Shown: positions 7,499-17,418, counted from the first letter of the stretch. The stretch is DNA of 36,142 nucleotides from Planctomycetota bacterium (GCA_037439485.1 JBBIVY010000025.1:1-36142); one strand, 5' to 3'. The notes: generated from the sequence alone by a model not told the origin. Numbers and translations: made by a program.

Positions 7499-9772
7499 TC
7501 AGTGAAGTTCCGCGTGCGCGGGCGCGGATTCGTTTCCCTGCCGGTCGACGGCGGTAATGGCGTAGAACACCGGCCTGGCATCCGCCGGTGCGGACCAGTC
7601 GAGATAGCCGGTCATCGAGGCCAGGGGCGATACGATCAGGCGCTTCTGAGAGACCTCGGGCTTGCCCTTCGTCGAGAAGTAGACGTTGTAGTAGCGCAGG
7701 TCGGTCGCCGGCGACTTGTCCCACTTGAGGCGATATTGCCCGTCCTCATCGGCTTCCTTCGTCACCGTGAATCCCGTGACGGCCGGCGGAGGAGTCTTGT
7801 CCCAGCCGGTGATGCCGGGAGCGGAGGAATACTTCTGCGGCAGCGGCTCGTCGAAGCCGGTGACGTTCGGCTCGGACTTCGCGTCGGGCTTTGCGGCGGT
7901 CACGGTCAGCAGGTTCGACGTGCAGGCGCTTTCGAGCGTCGACCATTCCTCCGCGGTCACGGCGTAGGTGTAAGTCTTTCCCCTCTCGGCGGCGCCGTCG
8001 GTGTAGGTGGTCTGGAGCACGACCGTCGAGGTCAGTTCGAGGAAGTCCTTGCCGTCGGCTGTGCCGCGGTAGACGTGATAGCCCTTCGTCTCGTGCGACA
8101 TCGCGGCCGGTTTCCACTGGAGGGTGATTCCTGGGCCGCCCCCTATCTTCAGGTCCGTCGGCGGGTCCGGCCGCTTCGTCACGGCGACGTAGATCCCGTT
8201 GAACTCGTCGTAGGGCATGAGCATGGCGCTGTGGAACCAGACTTTGGTGCCGTCGGGCGAAAGCTCGGGGCGGGGGATGGAGGAGTATGGCCGGGCCGCG
8301 TTTGAGTCCATCCCGGTCCACTTCATCTCGCCGGTCTTTCGGTCCTTGGAGACGCCGCCGCGGACGTCGGAATAGGAGTAGCAGAGCGCCTCCCACCAGC
8401 CCTTCGCGTCGCCCCAGACGATGGCGTCGCTTTCCTTGACGCGGTCGCGCCATTCGCTGCCGATGTGCGCGGCCCAGACGTTGGGGTTGAGGCAATTGCC
8501 TCCGGCGATGTGCCCGCCGGGCGCGGTGGTGATGAACTTCGGTGCGGCCTTGTCGTCGGCGTAATCGCGCAGCCAGATGCCCCATCCGCCCACCTGCTTG
8601 CCGGTCTCGTCCTTGACCGGCCCGGCGAAGTAGAGCCCCGAGGTCGAGCCGCCGCCGAACTCGGCGCCGTGGGATTCATACTGGTCCCACGGGTTGCGCC
8701 CGCTGCCGCCGATGATCTTCGGGTGCGTCGGCGTGCCGTCCAGGCCGTTCGTCACGTCGAGCCTCCAGCCGAGCGGCTCGCCCACGCTCGTGCGCGGGCC
8801 GTAGTTCCAGCGGACGGCCTTGCCGCCGTCGGCGAAGCCGATGCCGTGAACCTGGTAGTTGTTGGCCGCGTCGTGGACGACCTTGCCCTTGTCGTCCTTG
8901 ATCTCGGCGAGGCCGTAGTCGAGCGGGTGGTGATAGTAGAAGCCCTTCTCGCCCGGTTTCTTGCGCGTGTCGACGAGGTGGATTTCGGGCATGTAGGCCG
9001 GCTTCTTCGTCGTGCGGTCGACGTCGGCGTTGACGTCCTGGATGAGGAGCCGTCCGTCGTCGCTGATCTCGTGGACGATCTTGCGGTGGGGCGTGGCGAG
9101 CTTGCACACAAGCTCCCCGGTCGCGACCGCGGTCCCTCGGGCCACGCGGATGCGCCAGAGGTCGTCGTTCACCGCGAAGTAGACGCTCTCGGGGTCGACC
9201 GGGTCATAGATGTAATAGGGCCCGTCGATGCCGGTGGCGCGTTTCATCGCGCGGCCCTTGAGGTCTTTGTATTCGTCCTTCGGGAAATCGATGATGAGCG
9301 TCCGCTGGTTCGTGTAGTCGGCGTCCATCACGTACTTGTATCCGGCCCAGGGGGCCTTGACGAGCTTCCCGTCGGCGTCGATGAAGCCTCGGTTGCCCAT
9401 GAAGCAGATGACGGAGCCGTTACAGTTCCACGCCGGCCGGCCCAGGCCGTTGTGGCACATCTCCGCGGACAACTCGCGCGTGAGGCCCATCACCTCGTGG
9501 CCCGACTTCGTGTCCTTGAAGAAGATCGTCTCCGGCTGCATCACGCCCGTCTTCTTGTCGAGCACCTTGTCGAACGGCTTGCGGTAGAGGTTGTCGATGC
9601 GCGCGGTCAGCTCGTCGAGGTCCTGGCACACGCGATAAGGCTGGGTGATGAGCTGGTGCGGCACGGGGTCGACATACTTGCCCTTCGGGGCGTCTTGCGC
9701 GAAGAGGGTTGTCGCGACGAGGAGGGTGAGTAGGGGCACGGCATGCCGTGCCCGTCTTTCTGTTTTTCGCAA
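7499..9772 (-). CDS. Large secreted protein, 757 aa, with a signal peptide and Fn3-like C-terminal repeats. Function unknown.
   Basis: TTG start (MRKTERRARHAVPLLTLLVATTLFAQDAP). Trp/Gly-rich central region. The C-terminus has two repeats of the type ...YHVYRGTADGKD... / ...YNVYFSTKGKP.... Coordinates are taken from the track; the printed sequence is offset by 1 nt here. Confidence 0.7.
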   Translation of the reverse strand: MRKTERRARHAVPLLTLLVATTLFAQDAPKGKYVDPVPHQLITQPYRVCQDLDELTARIDNLYRKPFDKVLDKKTGVMQPETIFFKDTKSGHEVMGLTRELSAEMCHNGLGRPAWNCNGSVICFMGNRGFIDADGKLVKAPWAGYKYVMDADYTNQRTLIIDFPKDEYKDLKGRAMKRATGIDGPYYIYDPVDPESVYFAVNDDLWRIRVARGTAVATGELVCKLATPHRKIVHEISDDGRLLIQDVNADVDRTTKKPAYMPEIHLVDTRKKPGEKGFYYHHPLDYGLAEIKDDKGKVVHDAANNYQVHGIGFADGGKAVRWNYGPRTSVGEPLGWRLDVTNGLDGTPTHPKIIGGSGRNPWDQYESHGAEFGGGSTSGLYFAGPVKDETGKQVGGWGIWLRDYADDKAAPKFITTAPGGHIAGGNCLNPNVWAAHIGSEWRDRVKESDAIVWGDAKGWWEALCYSYSDVRGGVSKDRKTGEMKWTGMDSNAARPYSSIPRPELSPDGTKVWFHSAMLMPYDEFNGIYVAVTKRPDPPTDLKIGGGPGITLQWKPAAMSHETKGYHVYRGTADGKDFLELTSTVVLQTTYTDGAAERGKTYTYAVTAEEWSTLESACTSNLLTVTAAKPDAKSEPNVTGFDEPLPQKYSSAPGITGWDKTPPPAVTGFTVTKEADEDGQYRLKWDKSPATDLRYYNVYFSTKGKPEVSQKRLIVSPLASMTGYLDWSAPADARPVFYAITAVDRQGNESAPAHAELH
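9733..9752. repeat. 20-bp perfect palindrome GGGCACGGCATGCCGTGCCC, copy 1. Lies inside the first codons of the secreted-protein gene, encoding RARHAVP.
   Basis: Read directly from the sequence. Coordinates +/-1. Confidence 0.7.
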
Positions 9773-9842
9773 GTCAGGACCTCCTGTCGTGGTGTGCTCA
9801 AAAATGTCCCCGGATAACTGCTTCGCACCGGGGAACCATGAC

Positions 9843-9862
9843 GGGCACGGCGTGCCGTGCCC
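9843..9862. repeat. 20-bp near-perfect palindrome GGGCACGGCGTGCCGTGCCC, copy 2. About 70 bp upstream of the secreted-protein start codon.
   Basis: Read directly from the sequence. Single central G/T mismatch. Coordinates +/-1. Confidence 0.7.
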
Positions 9863-10124
9863 CTACGATACAAGTCGATCGCGGTGGTCGCATTGAACAT
9901 GCTACCCCCGCCGGGAGGCGCCGTCCAGTCCAGATATTCGTTTCTGCGTTCCTGCGTCGACGCTATGAGGCGATGGCGATGTGATCGCGATCCGGCCTTG
10001 CGGACAAGAAAAGCAGGCGACGGCACAAGTCATTGCTGCGGGGGATGTTACGCTCGGTATTTCTGCGGCGCTTCTCCGCTTCACGCGACGATTAAGACGG
10101 CATGGAAATATTACACATTCTGTG

Positions 10125-10153
10125 TTGACAGGCCGCAAAACGACAGGAATAAT
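10125..10153 (+). promoter_or_regulatory. Candidate sigma70-like promoter for the LtaS-family gene. -35 TTGACA, 17-nt spacer, -10 AATAAT.
   Basis: tgtgTTGACAggccgcaaaacgacaggAATAATactgg. A small inverted repeat ACACAttcTGTGT overlaps the -35 element. Confidence 0.35.
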
Positions 10154-10200
10154 ACTGGTGCGCGGTCTGGTCTCAACGTGTCGTGCCGGGGGGACAGCCG

Positions 10201-12165
10201 ATGAGAAGATTCGGCCTGGCGCAGTGCCGCGACTTCATCCGCAGAGCACTGGGATCGAGGTTCGGAGGACTTTACGTCTTCGGCGTCCTCTTTCTCGGCG
10301 CCTCGCTGCTCCTGCGTTTCGCCCTGTGCCTCCGTTCCCTCGCCCTCATCGACACCACGCCTTCCGTCCTGGCGCACATGTTCCTCGTGGGCATGATCTA
10401 CGACGCGGTCACGTTCTTCTACTGCGCGCTTCCGGCGGCGATCTTCCTGCTTGTCGTGCCGGATCGCATCTACCGCTCGAAGGCGACGCGAGTCATCGTC
10501 AACACGACTTACTTCCTGGCGGTCTTCGCGCTGGTCTTCGACGTCATCGCGGAGTGGCTCTTCTGGGGCGAGTTCGGCACGCGCTACAACTTCGTCTCCG
10601 TCGACTACGTGGCCTACGTTCACCAGTTTACCGGCAACCTGGTCCAGGCGCTGCCGATGCCGATCCTCATCGGCATACTCATCGCCGGGGTGACGATCGT
10701 CTTCTTCGCGACGCGGCCGCTGCTCGTCCGCACGTTCGACTCCGTCAGCTCCTTCCGCCAGCGCCTGCGGCCGGCCGCCGTGTTTGCGCTGGCGCCGGCG
10801 GTGTCCGTCTTCTTCGTCAACCTCTCGCTCGCGGAGATCAACGGCAACCATTACAACAACGAGCTTTCGAAGAACGGGGTATACAGCTTCGCTGCGGCCA
10901 TCCGCTATAACGGCGCCACGTGGAGCGCGGACTACCGGACCATTTCCTCGCCGGAGGCGTGGGTGCGGCTCGAACGGAGGCTCGAATCGCAGGGGGCGCG
11001 CTTCCCCGCGGGCGCCGGAGCGCGGGACCCGCTGCATGAGGCGGGGCCCGTCGGCCCCGAGACGCCCCATAACGTCATCGTCGTCGTGATGGAGAGCATG
11101 GGCGCCGATTTCGTCGGGGCCTGTGGCGCGACGGGGGGCCTGACGCCGAACCTCGACCGGTTGGCGGCGGAAGGAGTATTCTTCGCGGACTTCTACGCGA
11201 CGGGCACGCGCACCGACCGGGGCCTGGAGGCGGTGATCGAGTCGCTGCCGCCGACGCCGGGGCGCTGCACGATCAAGCGGGAGATGACGCCCGACCCGAA
11301 CGCCCTCGGCGTGATTCTGCGTCAGCGCGGCTATCGGCCGGTGTTTGTCCTGGGCGGCGACCCGACCTTCGACAACATGGGCAATTTCTTCGTCGCCAAC
11401 GGCTTCGATGTCGTCGGGCGCGACCGGTTCCGGTCGTCGGAGGTGACCTGCGAGACGGCGTGGGGCGTGTGCGACGGAGACCTCTTCGGCCGCATCGTGC
11501 GCGAGTGCGACGAGATGCACGCGAAGGGCGCGCGCTTCTGCGTCGCGTCGCTGACCTGCTCCAACCACCAGCCGTTCGTGGCGCCCGGCATCGCGCCGGA
11601 GAACCGGACGCGCGAGGCGGTGGTGAAGTATTCCGACGCCTGTGTCGGCGAGTTCATCCGCCAGGCGCAGTCGAAGCCCTGGTTCAACGACACGCTCTTC
11701 GTCTTCGTGGCCGACCACCAGGCCAACCGCGCGTGCCTCGCGGACATCGCGCCCGAGATGTTCCGCATCCCCGCCATTGTCTATGCCCCGAAGCTCGTCG
11801 CGCCGAGGCGCGTGGAAGGGATCGCCGGCCAGATGGACCTGATGCCCACGGTGTTGGGGCTCATGAAGTTCCGCTACCAGAGCCGGTTCTTCGGGCACGA
11901 CGTGTTGGCGCAGTCGGGCGGGGGATGCGCGGCGGTGTCCAACTACCAGGACTTCGGATGGGTTACGGGCGACCGCTTCGTGCTGATGCGCGCCGAGAAG
12001 CGCGCGAACGTCTATCGCGTCGACGCCGCAGGCGAGTTGCGCGGTTGCCCGCAGGACCCCGAGCTTATCCTCGACGCCACGTCGCTCTACCAGACCGCTG
12101 CGGAATACCTCGACAGCCGGTTCATCCTCCCCGGCGCCCCCTCCGCCCACGCCTCGCGGCGGTAG
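10201..12165 (+). CDS. LTA-synthase/sulfatase-family membrane phosphotransferase (LtaS/MdoB/OpgB-like). N-terminal multi-TM domain and C-terminal sulfatase domain.
   Basis: ATG at 10201 preceded by GGGGGGA. The track's GTG at 10183 is an alternative start. 5 or more N-terminal TM helices followed by HNVIVVVMESMGADF / GTRTDRGLEAV sulfatase-type motifs. Confidence 0.8.
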   Translation: MRRFGLAQCRDFIRRALGSRFGGLYVFGVLFLGASLLLRFALCLRSLALIDTTPSVLAHMFLVGMIYDAVTFFYCALPAAIFLLVVPDRIYRSKATRVIVNTTYFLAVFALVFDVIAEWLFWGEFGTRYNFVSVDYVAYVHQFTGNLVQALPMPILIGILIAGVTIVFFATRPLLVRTFDSVSSFRQRLRPAAVFALAPAVSVFFVNLSLAEINGNHYNNELSKNGVYSFAAAIRYNGATWSADYRTISSPEAWVRLERRLESQGARFPAGAGARDPLHEAGPVGPETPHNVIVVVMESMGADFVGACGATGGLTPNLDRLAAEGVFFADFYATGTRTDRGLEAVIESLPPTPGRCTIKREMTPDPNALGVILRQRGYRPVFVLGGDPTFDNMGNFFVANGFDVVGRDRFRSSEVTCETAWGVCDGDLFGRIVRECDEMHAKGARFCVASLTCSNHQPFVAPGIAPENRTREAVVKYSDACVGEFIRQAQSKPWFNDTLFVFVADHQANRACLADIAPEMFRIPAIVYAPKLVAPRRVEGIAGQMDLMPTVLGLMKFRYQSRFFGHDVLAQSGGGCAAVSNYQDFGWVTGDRFVLMRAEKRANVYRVDAAGELRGCPQDPELILDATSLYQTAAEYLDSRFILPGAPSAHASRR

Positions 12166-12175
12166 GAAATCATCC

Positions 12176-13420
12176 TCAATCGTGCGTCTCGCTGATTGCG
12201 GGCAGGTCGCGGCCGCGGAGGATGAACCACATCGTGCCGATGATGCCGAAGCCGAACGCGACGAAGAGATTGACGGACGGGCCCGCCATCCAGAGGAGCG
12301 CGCCCCCGAACGCGGCGACGGCCACGATGACGTCGCGGACGAGGTAATAAAGGCCGAACATCGCGGCCTTCCTTCCTTCGGGGGCAAGGTCCATGATGAG
12401 GGCCTTGCGCGTCGGCTCCCCGAATTCCTTGAGTCCCCGCAGCACGAACGCCGCCACGAGCGGCCAGAACGACCGCGTGAAGAAGAGCACCAGCGGGAAG
12501 AGCGTGAAGAATCCGAACGTGATCGCCACGAACGGTTTCTTGCCGAACCGGTCGGCCATGTGCGCCACGGGGATGTAGCAGAGGACGGCCGTGACGTGCT
12601 CGACGGCCGAAAGCACGCTGAAGAGGAACGCCGCGTGGGCGACCGTGGCGGCGCCGCCGTCGGGGGCGAGGTTCTGCGTGACCCAGAGCACGACGAAGGA
12701 GTCGGGGATGCGCTCGCAGAAGCGGATGAGGATGTCGGAGGCGAGGAGGGCGCGAAGGTTCGGGTTCATCTGGCGCCAGAGGGCGAGGGGATTGGGCTCG
12801 GCCTCTTTCTTGCGGCGGCCGTCGTCCTCGATGAGCAGTTGCTGCATGGCGACCGCGACGAGGGCGAAGGCGAGCGCGGCGATGAAGGCGTAGCGGACGC
12901 CCGCGTCGACCCCCCAGATGGCGATAAACGTTCCGCCCATGAGCGGCCCGAGCATCTTTGGGATGCGCCGCACGAGCGCCTGGAGCGAGACGCCCATCGT
13001 GCGTTTGCTCTTGGGCACGACGAGCGCGATGAGTTCCATCGTCGCCGGCAGCGAGATGGCCGACCACGAGATGAAGAACGCCGCGCCCAGCAGCACCGCC
13101 CACCACGTGTGGACGAAGATGACGATGAGATAGCCGACCATCGAGAGGAGGTTGAAGACGAGCAGCGCGCGCTTCGTGCCGAGCCGGTCGCTCAGATAGC
13201 CGCCCGGGAAGGAGTAGAGCGCGGACAAGAGGTCGTCCATCCCCGCGAGGATGCCGATGGACAGGGCCACCGTCGCGCCGGTGGCCAGATCCTTGAGATA
13301 GAGCGGCAGAAACCTCTCCGCCATGTGCTCGCCCATGCCCACCAGGATGACCATGGCGAGCATCCCCACCATGCTGCGCTTGAGGGCAAGGTAATCGATG
13401 ATTCGTCGGGACAGTGTCAT
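12176..13420 (-). CDS. MFS transporter
   Basis: Start re-assigned to the internal ATG (MTLSRRIIDYL...). About 12 predicted TM helices. MFS motif-A-like GGYLSDRLGTKRAL. Convergent with the LtaS-like gene across a 10-bp gap. Confidence 0.75.
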   Translation of the reverse strand: MTLSRRIIDYLALKRSMVGMLAMVILVGMGEHMAERFLPLYLKDLATGATVALSIGILAGMDDLLSALYSFPGGYLSDRLGTKRALLVFNLLSMVGYLIVIFVHTWWAVLLGAAFFISWSAISLPATMELIALVVPKSKRTMGVSLQALVRRIPKMLGPLMGGTFIAIWGVDAGVRYAFIAALAFALVAVAMQQLLIEDDGRRKKEAEPNPLALWRQMNPNLRALLASDILIRFCERIPDSFVVLWVTQNLAPDGGAATVAHAAFLFSVLSAVEHVTAVLCYIPVAHMADRFGKKPFVAITFGFFTLFPLVLFFTRSFWPLVAAFVLRGLKEFGEPTRKALIMDLAPEGRKAAMFGLYYLVRDVIVAVAAFGGALLWMAGPSVNLFVAFGFGIIGTMWFILRGRDLPAISETHD

Positions 13421-13650
13421 GCGCCGGGTTCCTGTTTCGATTGTGAGCGGGACAAGACAGGGGCGGAGTCTACCCGATAGCGGGGCGGGCGTCAATGCCC
13501 GGGCCTCGGCTTCAGCTTGGGTTAAGGTTACGGTTGGTATACGGGACAATGTCTCCCGGCGATTCGCATGCCTTCGCGGATAACCCTTTACAGGGCCGCC
13601 CGGGAGTGCTAACCTCTTGGCGCGTCTTGTCTTCTGAAAGGCTGACGGAA

Positions 13651-15282
13651 ATGGGGGATATGTCGGGAGCAGCGGAGGAGCGGGGCATCTGGCGTGCGCG
13701 GTTCGCCGTGCCGGTGCTGCTGGCGTTGACGCTTGTCGGGTTCTTCTGGGGGATTGCCTCTTTGCCCCTGATGGACCCCGAGGAGCCGAGGTGCGCGCTG
13801 ATCGTCCGGGAGATGATCGACTCGGGCAACTGGACCCAGATGCGCCTCCACGACGAGGCTTACTACGACAAGCCGGCGCCGTATTTCTGGCTGACCGCCT
13901 TCGCCACCCGCCTTACCGGCAGCGCCGAACTGGGCGGCCGCGGCGTCTCGGCCCTGTGCGGCATCGCCGCGGTGTTTCTGGCGTATTTCATGGCCCGGCG
14001 CGTGTTCGGCGCTCGGGCGGCGCTCTTCGCGGGGGTGATGCTTGCGACGTGCGGGGAGTTTGCCTTCATCGCGCGGTGGTACCGCATGGAGATGCCGACG
14101 GCCCTCTGCATGTGGGGGGCGCTCGCGTGCTTCTGGTGCATGGAGGACGAGTTCCAGAAGACGGGCGTGATGCGCCGGGCGTGGTGGTACGGATTCTACG
14201 CCTGCGGGGCGCTCGCGACGCTTTTCAAGGGGCCGGTGGGCATCGGGTTGCCGGGCCTCGTCGTCGTGGTCTACCTGCTCCTGAGCGGGAGGCCGAAGCG
14301 CGTCTTCGAGCCGCTGCACGTCAAGGGCATTGTCCTCTTCTTTGCCTTGGCGGCGCCCTGGTATATCCTCATGTGCGCGCGCGACTCGAACTACGCCTAC
14401 GAATTCTTCGTCAAGCAGAACCTCACGCGCTACGGCGGCAAGGCCAAGGACGAGATTTTCTACGTGACGTATCTGCCCGTGCTGATTGCCGGGGCGGCGC
14501 CCTGGTCGATGTGGCTCCTCGTGTCGCTCGTCAAGATGTGGCCGCGGTCATGGAAGGCCCGGATGCAGCAGCCCGGCCTCCTGTTCCTCTGGGCGATGCT
14601 CCTCGTCCCGTTCGTCTTCTTTCAACTCAGCGGGACGAAGCTCATTCACTACATCCTGCCGGTCTTCCTGCCGGCGGCCGTGCTGATGGGCGGCATGGCG
14701 GAGCGGTTCCTGGCGGCGGAGAGGACGAAGGCCTGGGAGTCCGTGGGGCTGGTGGCGGCGTGCTTCCTGATGATCGCGGGGCCGCTGGCGCTTTCCATCC
14801 TGTCCCACGATATCGACCTGGCGCTCCTTGTGCCGATTTCGCTGGGAATTCTCGGGGGGGATGCGGTGTGTGTGCTCCTCGGCAGCGGCCGGCGTGTCCA
14901 GGCGCTCGCCGTGACCTGCGGCATGGCGGCGCTCATGTATTTCTTCATCATCGCCGACGACGCGCTGCACGTCTATGACGACCGCTGCGCGAAGGCCCTG
15001 GGAGTGCTCGTGCCTGCCGAGGACCGGATGACGGCGCGGTTCATCGCCTATGAGAAGAACTCGCTTTCGTTCGAATACTACGCGAAGGTGCGGGCGGAGC
15101 GGATTATCGAGTCCGACAACGTGTCGCTCATCAAGGCCTTCGACAGCACGGGGCGCATCTACGCGCTCCTGGACGACGACGAAGACCTGGCCCTCGTGAA
15201 GAAGGCCCTGGGCGACCGCGTCTACCTCATCGGCACGCACAGGAATTCGTACCTTGTGTCGAACCGTCCGCCGAGGAAGTGA
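13651..15282 (+). CDS. GT-C glycosyltransferase of the ArnT/PMT family (GT83/GT39-like): undecaprenyl-phosphate-sugar:acceptor transferase
   Basis: Start chosen at MGDMSGAAEE with an AAAGG motif upstream; the track's longer N-terminus is unconvincing. ...PLMDPEEPRCALIVREMIDSGNWT...DKPAPYFWL... is the characteristic ArnT/PMT N-terminal loop. Many TM helices. Confidence 0.8.
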   Translation: MGDMSGAAEERGIWRARFAVPVLLALTLVGFFWGIASLPLMDPEEPRCALIVREMIDSGNWTQMRLHDEAYYDKPAPYFWLTAFATRLTGSAELGGRGVSALCGIAAVFLAYFMARRVFGARAALFAGVMLATCGEFAFIARWYRMEMPTALCMWGALACFWCMEDEFQKTGVMRRAWWYGFYACGALATLFKGPVGIGLPGLVVVVYLLLSGRPKRVFEPLHVKGIVLFFALAAPWYILMCARDSNYAYEFFVKQNLTRYGGKAKDEIFYVTYLPVLIAGAAPWSMWLLVSLVKMWPRSWKARMQQPGLLFLWAMLLVPFVFFQLSGTKLIHYILPVFLPAAVLMGGMAERFLAAERTKAWESVGLVAACFLMIAGPLALSILSHDIDLALLVPISLGILGGDAVCVLLGSGRRVQALAVTCGMAALMYFFIIADDALHVYDDRCAKALGVLVPAEDRMTARFIAYEKNSLSFEYYAKVRAERIIESDNVSLIKAFDSTGRIYALLDDDEDLALVKKALGDRVYLIGTHRNSYLVSNRPPRK

Positions 15283-15297
15283 TCGAGGGAGTCGGCG

Positions 15298-16149
15298 ATG
15301 GGCGCTCCGGGCGCGCGACGTGCCGTCATCAACGCGGACGATTTCGGCCTGACGCGAGGCGTCACCGAGGGCATCCTCCGCGCGCACCGCGATGGGATCG
15401 TCACGTCGACGACCGTGATGGCCAACATGCCCTACGCGGCCGAGGCGGTGAGGCGGCTGGGCGAGGCGCCGGGCCTGGGGGTCGGCGTCCACCTCAACGC
15501 GGCGCAGGGAGAGCCGGTCTCGGCCGAGGGCGCGGCGCTCATCAACGCCGACGGCGAGATGGACTGGTTCACGCCGAAACTGGTGAAGCGGTGCCTCCTT
15601 CACCCTCGGCTCATCGGCGTCATCGAGGCGGAGTTCGACGCGCAGATCCGCCTCGTCATCGGCTGGGGCGTCCGGCCGACGCACCTCGACAGCCACCGCC
15701 ACTTGCACGCGTTCACGCCCATCTTCCGGCGCGTCGCGCGGCTGGCGGAGAAGTACGACATTCCGTTCGTCCGGCTGCCGTACGAGCGCCTTCGCGGGCG
15801 CGGCTGGCCGGAGGCCGCGGCGCGCGGCAAGCGGACGCGCTGGCTTTTGAACCGCTTCAGCGCGCTCAACCGGCGCTTCAAGTCGCGCCTGCACCCGACG
15901 TCCGGCACGTGGGGCATCGCCCACACCGGGGAGATCGACGCGGCCTGGCTCATCCGCGCGGCGGCGGCGCTGCCGGAGGGAGTCACGGAGATCATGACGC
16001 ACCCGGGCCTCGCCGACGACCTGACCGAGAAGCTGACGCGCCTGACGATGAGCCGCAAGCACGAACTCGACGCCCTCACGGACCCGGAGGTCCGGCGGGC
16101 GTTTGAGGACCATCACGTGGAGTTCATACACTATGGACAACTCCGCTGA
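15298..16149 (+). CDS. ChbG/YdjC-family carbohydrate deacetylase (HpnK/LgmC-like)
   Basis: VINADDFGLTRGVTEGI...HLDSHRHLH motifs typical of the YdjC/ChbG family. GGAG RBS. Confidence 0.8.
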   Translation: MGAPGARRAVINADDFGLTRGVTEGILRAHRDGIVTSTTVMANMPYAAEAVRRLGEAPGLGVGVHLNAAQGEPVSAEGAALINADGEMDWFTPKLVKRCLLHPRLIGVIEAEFDAQIRLVIGWGVRPTHLDSHRHLHAFTPIFRRVARLAEKYDIPFVRLPYERLRGRGWPEAAARGKRTRWLLNRFSALNRRFKSRLHPTSGTWGIAHTGEIDAAWLIRAAAALPEGVTEIMTHPGLADDLTEKLTRLTMSRKHELDALTDPEVRRAFEDHHVEFIHYGQLR

Positions 16150-17116
16150 GAACAAGGTCAAGTACAGCGTCGTTGTTCCGTTCTACAACGAGGAAGCCGT
16201 CGCCGAGAAGCTGGTGACGCTCATCGCCTCGGTGATGCGCCGCATCGGCGACACGCACGAGATCGTCGCCGTCGACGACGGCAGCCGCGACCGCACGGGC
16301 GAGATACTGGCGAAGCTGGCCGCGGCCGAGCCGTGCGTCGTCTACGTTGAGCTTCGGCGCAACTTCGGCCAGACGACGGCGCTGCAGGCGGGCTTCGACC
16401 ACGCGTCGGGAGAGGTGGTCATCGCGATGGACGGCGACTTGCAGCACGATCCGGAGGAAATCCCGCTCTTCATCGAGAAGATCAACGAGGGCTACGACCT
16501 TGTCAGCGGCTGGCGCGTGAAGCGCGGGGACAACCCGCTGACGAGGCGGCTGCCGTCGCGCGTGGCGAACTGGCTTCTGGCGAAGGCGAGCGGGGTGAGC
16601 CTGCACGACTTCGGCGGGACGTTCAAGGCCTACCGGCGCGAGATCCTCAAGGACGTTCGGCTCTACGGCGACATGCACCGCTTCGTCCCAGCGGTCTGCG
16701 CCAGGCTCGGGGCGAAGATGTGCGAGGTGCCCATCACCGTGGCCCCGCGGCGGGCCGGCAAGAGCAACTACGGCATCGGCCGCACGCTGCGCGTCGCGCT
16801 CGACATCCTGTCGATGCGCTTCGTCACGGGCTACCTGACGCGGCCTCTCCACTTCTTCGGCGGCTGGGGACTCGCCTTCGGCGCCCTCGGCGGAGTCATC
16901 CTCGGCTACGGATTCGTGCGCAAGATCGTTCAGTGGAACTCGTTCCACGTCTTCGCCCAGCACGGGCCGCTCATGGCCGTGGGGCTCGTGTTCCTCATGG
17001 CCTCGATGGTGTTCCTCGCCACCGGTCTCATCGGCGAGATGCTCTCGCGCATTTACTTCGAGGCCACCAGCGCCCGGACGTACGCCGTCCGCAGGATCGT
17101 CCGTAGGGACCCGTAG
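16133..17116 (+). CDS. GT2 polyprenyl-phosphate glycosyltransferase (ArnC/DPM1/GtrB-like) with a C-terminal 2-TM tail
   Basis: Start chosen at MDNSAENKVKYSVVVPFYNEE; it overlaps the end of the ChbG gene. DDGSRD / DGDLQHDP DXD-type motifs. C-terminal TM helices. Confidence 0.85.
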   Translation: MDNSAENKVKYSVVVPFYNEEAVAEKLVTLIASVMRRIGDTHEIVAVDDGSRDRTGEILAKLAAAEPCVVYVELRRNFGQTTALQAGFDHASGEVVIAMDGDLQHDPEEIPLFIEKINEGYDLVSGWRVKRGDNPLTRRLPSRVANWLLAKASGVSLHDFGGTFKAYRREILKDVRLYGDMHRFVPAVCARLGAKMCEVPITVAPRRAGKSNYGIGRTLRVALDILSMRFVTGYLTRPLHFFGGWGLAFGALGGVILGYGFVRKIVQWNSFHVFAQHGPLMAVGLVFLMASMVFLATGLIGEMLSRIYFEATSARTYAVRRIVRRDP

Positions 17117-17127
17117 AGGAGATACCG

Positions 17128-17418
17128 ATGCTCGGATTTACCACGGACCAGCTCTGGATGGGCGTCGGGTTCATAGGGGAAGGGCTCTTCGGGCTCCGCT
17201 TCATCGTGCAGTGGATCGCCAGCGAGCGGAAGAAGGAATCCGTGGTCCCCGTTGCTTTCTGGTATCTCTCTATCGTCGGCGCCGCGCTCGTGCTGGCCTA
17301 CGCCATTTACCTGCGGAACGCCGTGTTCATCCTCGGCAGCGGGGCGCCTCTTCTGATCTACCTTCGCAACCTGTGGCTCATTCACCGCAAGCCCGCGGCC
17401 CCGACCCCCGTGTTATGA
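17128..17418 (+). CDS. Small membrane protein of the lipid-A-disaccharide-synthase N-terminal (LAB_N) family. Candidate flippase or accessory subunit for the polyprenyl-P-sugar.
   Basis: 96 aa. FIVQWIASERKKESVVPVAFWYLSIVGAALVLAYAIY matches the LAB_N signature. GGAG RBS. Confidence 0.7.
   Translation: MLGFTTDQLWMGVGFIGEGLFGLRFIVQWIASERKKESVVPVAFWYLSIVGAALVLAYAIYLRNAVFILGSGAPLLIYLRNLWLIHRKPAAPTPVL

Noticed and set aside
8465-9733. 422-aa plus-strand ORF and the nested ORFs at 8676-9111 inside the 757-aa secreted-protein gene
   Set aside because: Low-complexity Arg/Ala/Val-rich antisense translations. The minus-strand protein has a signal peptide, a TTG start context and Fn3-like repeats.
10111-12387. 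758-aa minus-strand ORF opposite the LtaS-family gene, and the similar long antisense ORFs at 17749-20661, 20483-22888, 23150-24952, 27678-30131, 32464-34680 and 14548-16161
   Set aside because: All are Arg/Pro/Gly/Asp-rich and each overlaps a well-supported gene on the other strand. They are a classic stop-codon-poor antisense artefact at about 67% GC.
13421-13650. 8-bp inverted repeat (gacaagac / gtcttgtc) about 170 bp apart, and ggtta-type short direct repeats, in the divergent MFS/ArnT-like intergenic region
   Set aside because: The units are too short and too far apart to distinguish from chance. No convincing -35/-10 pair was found.
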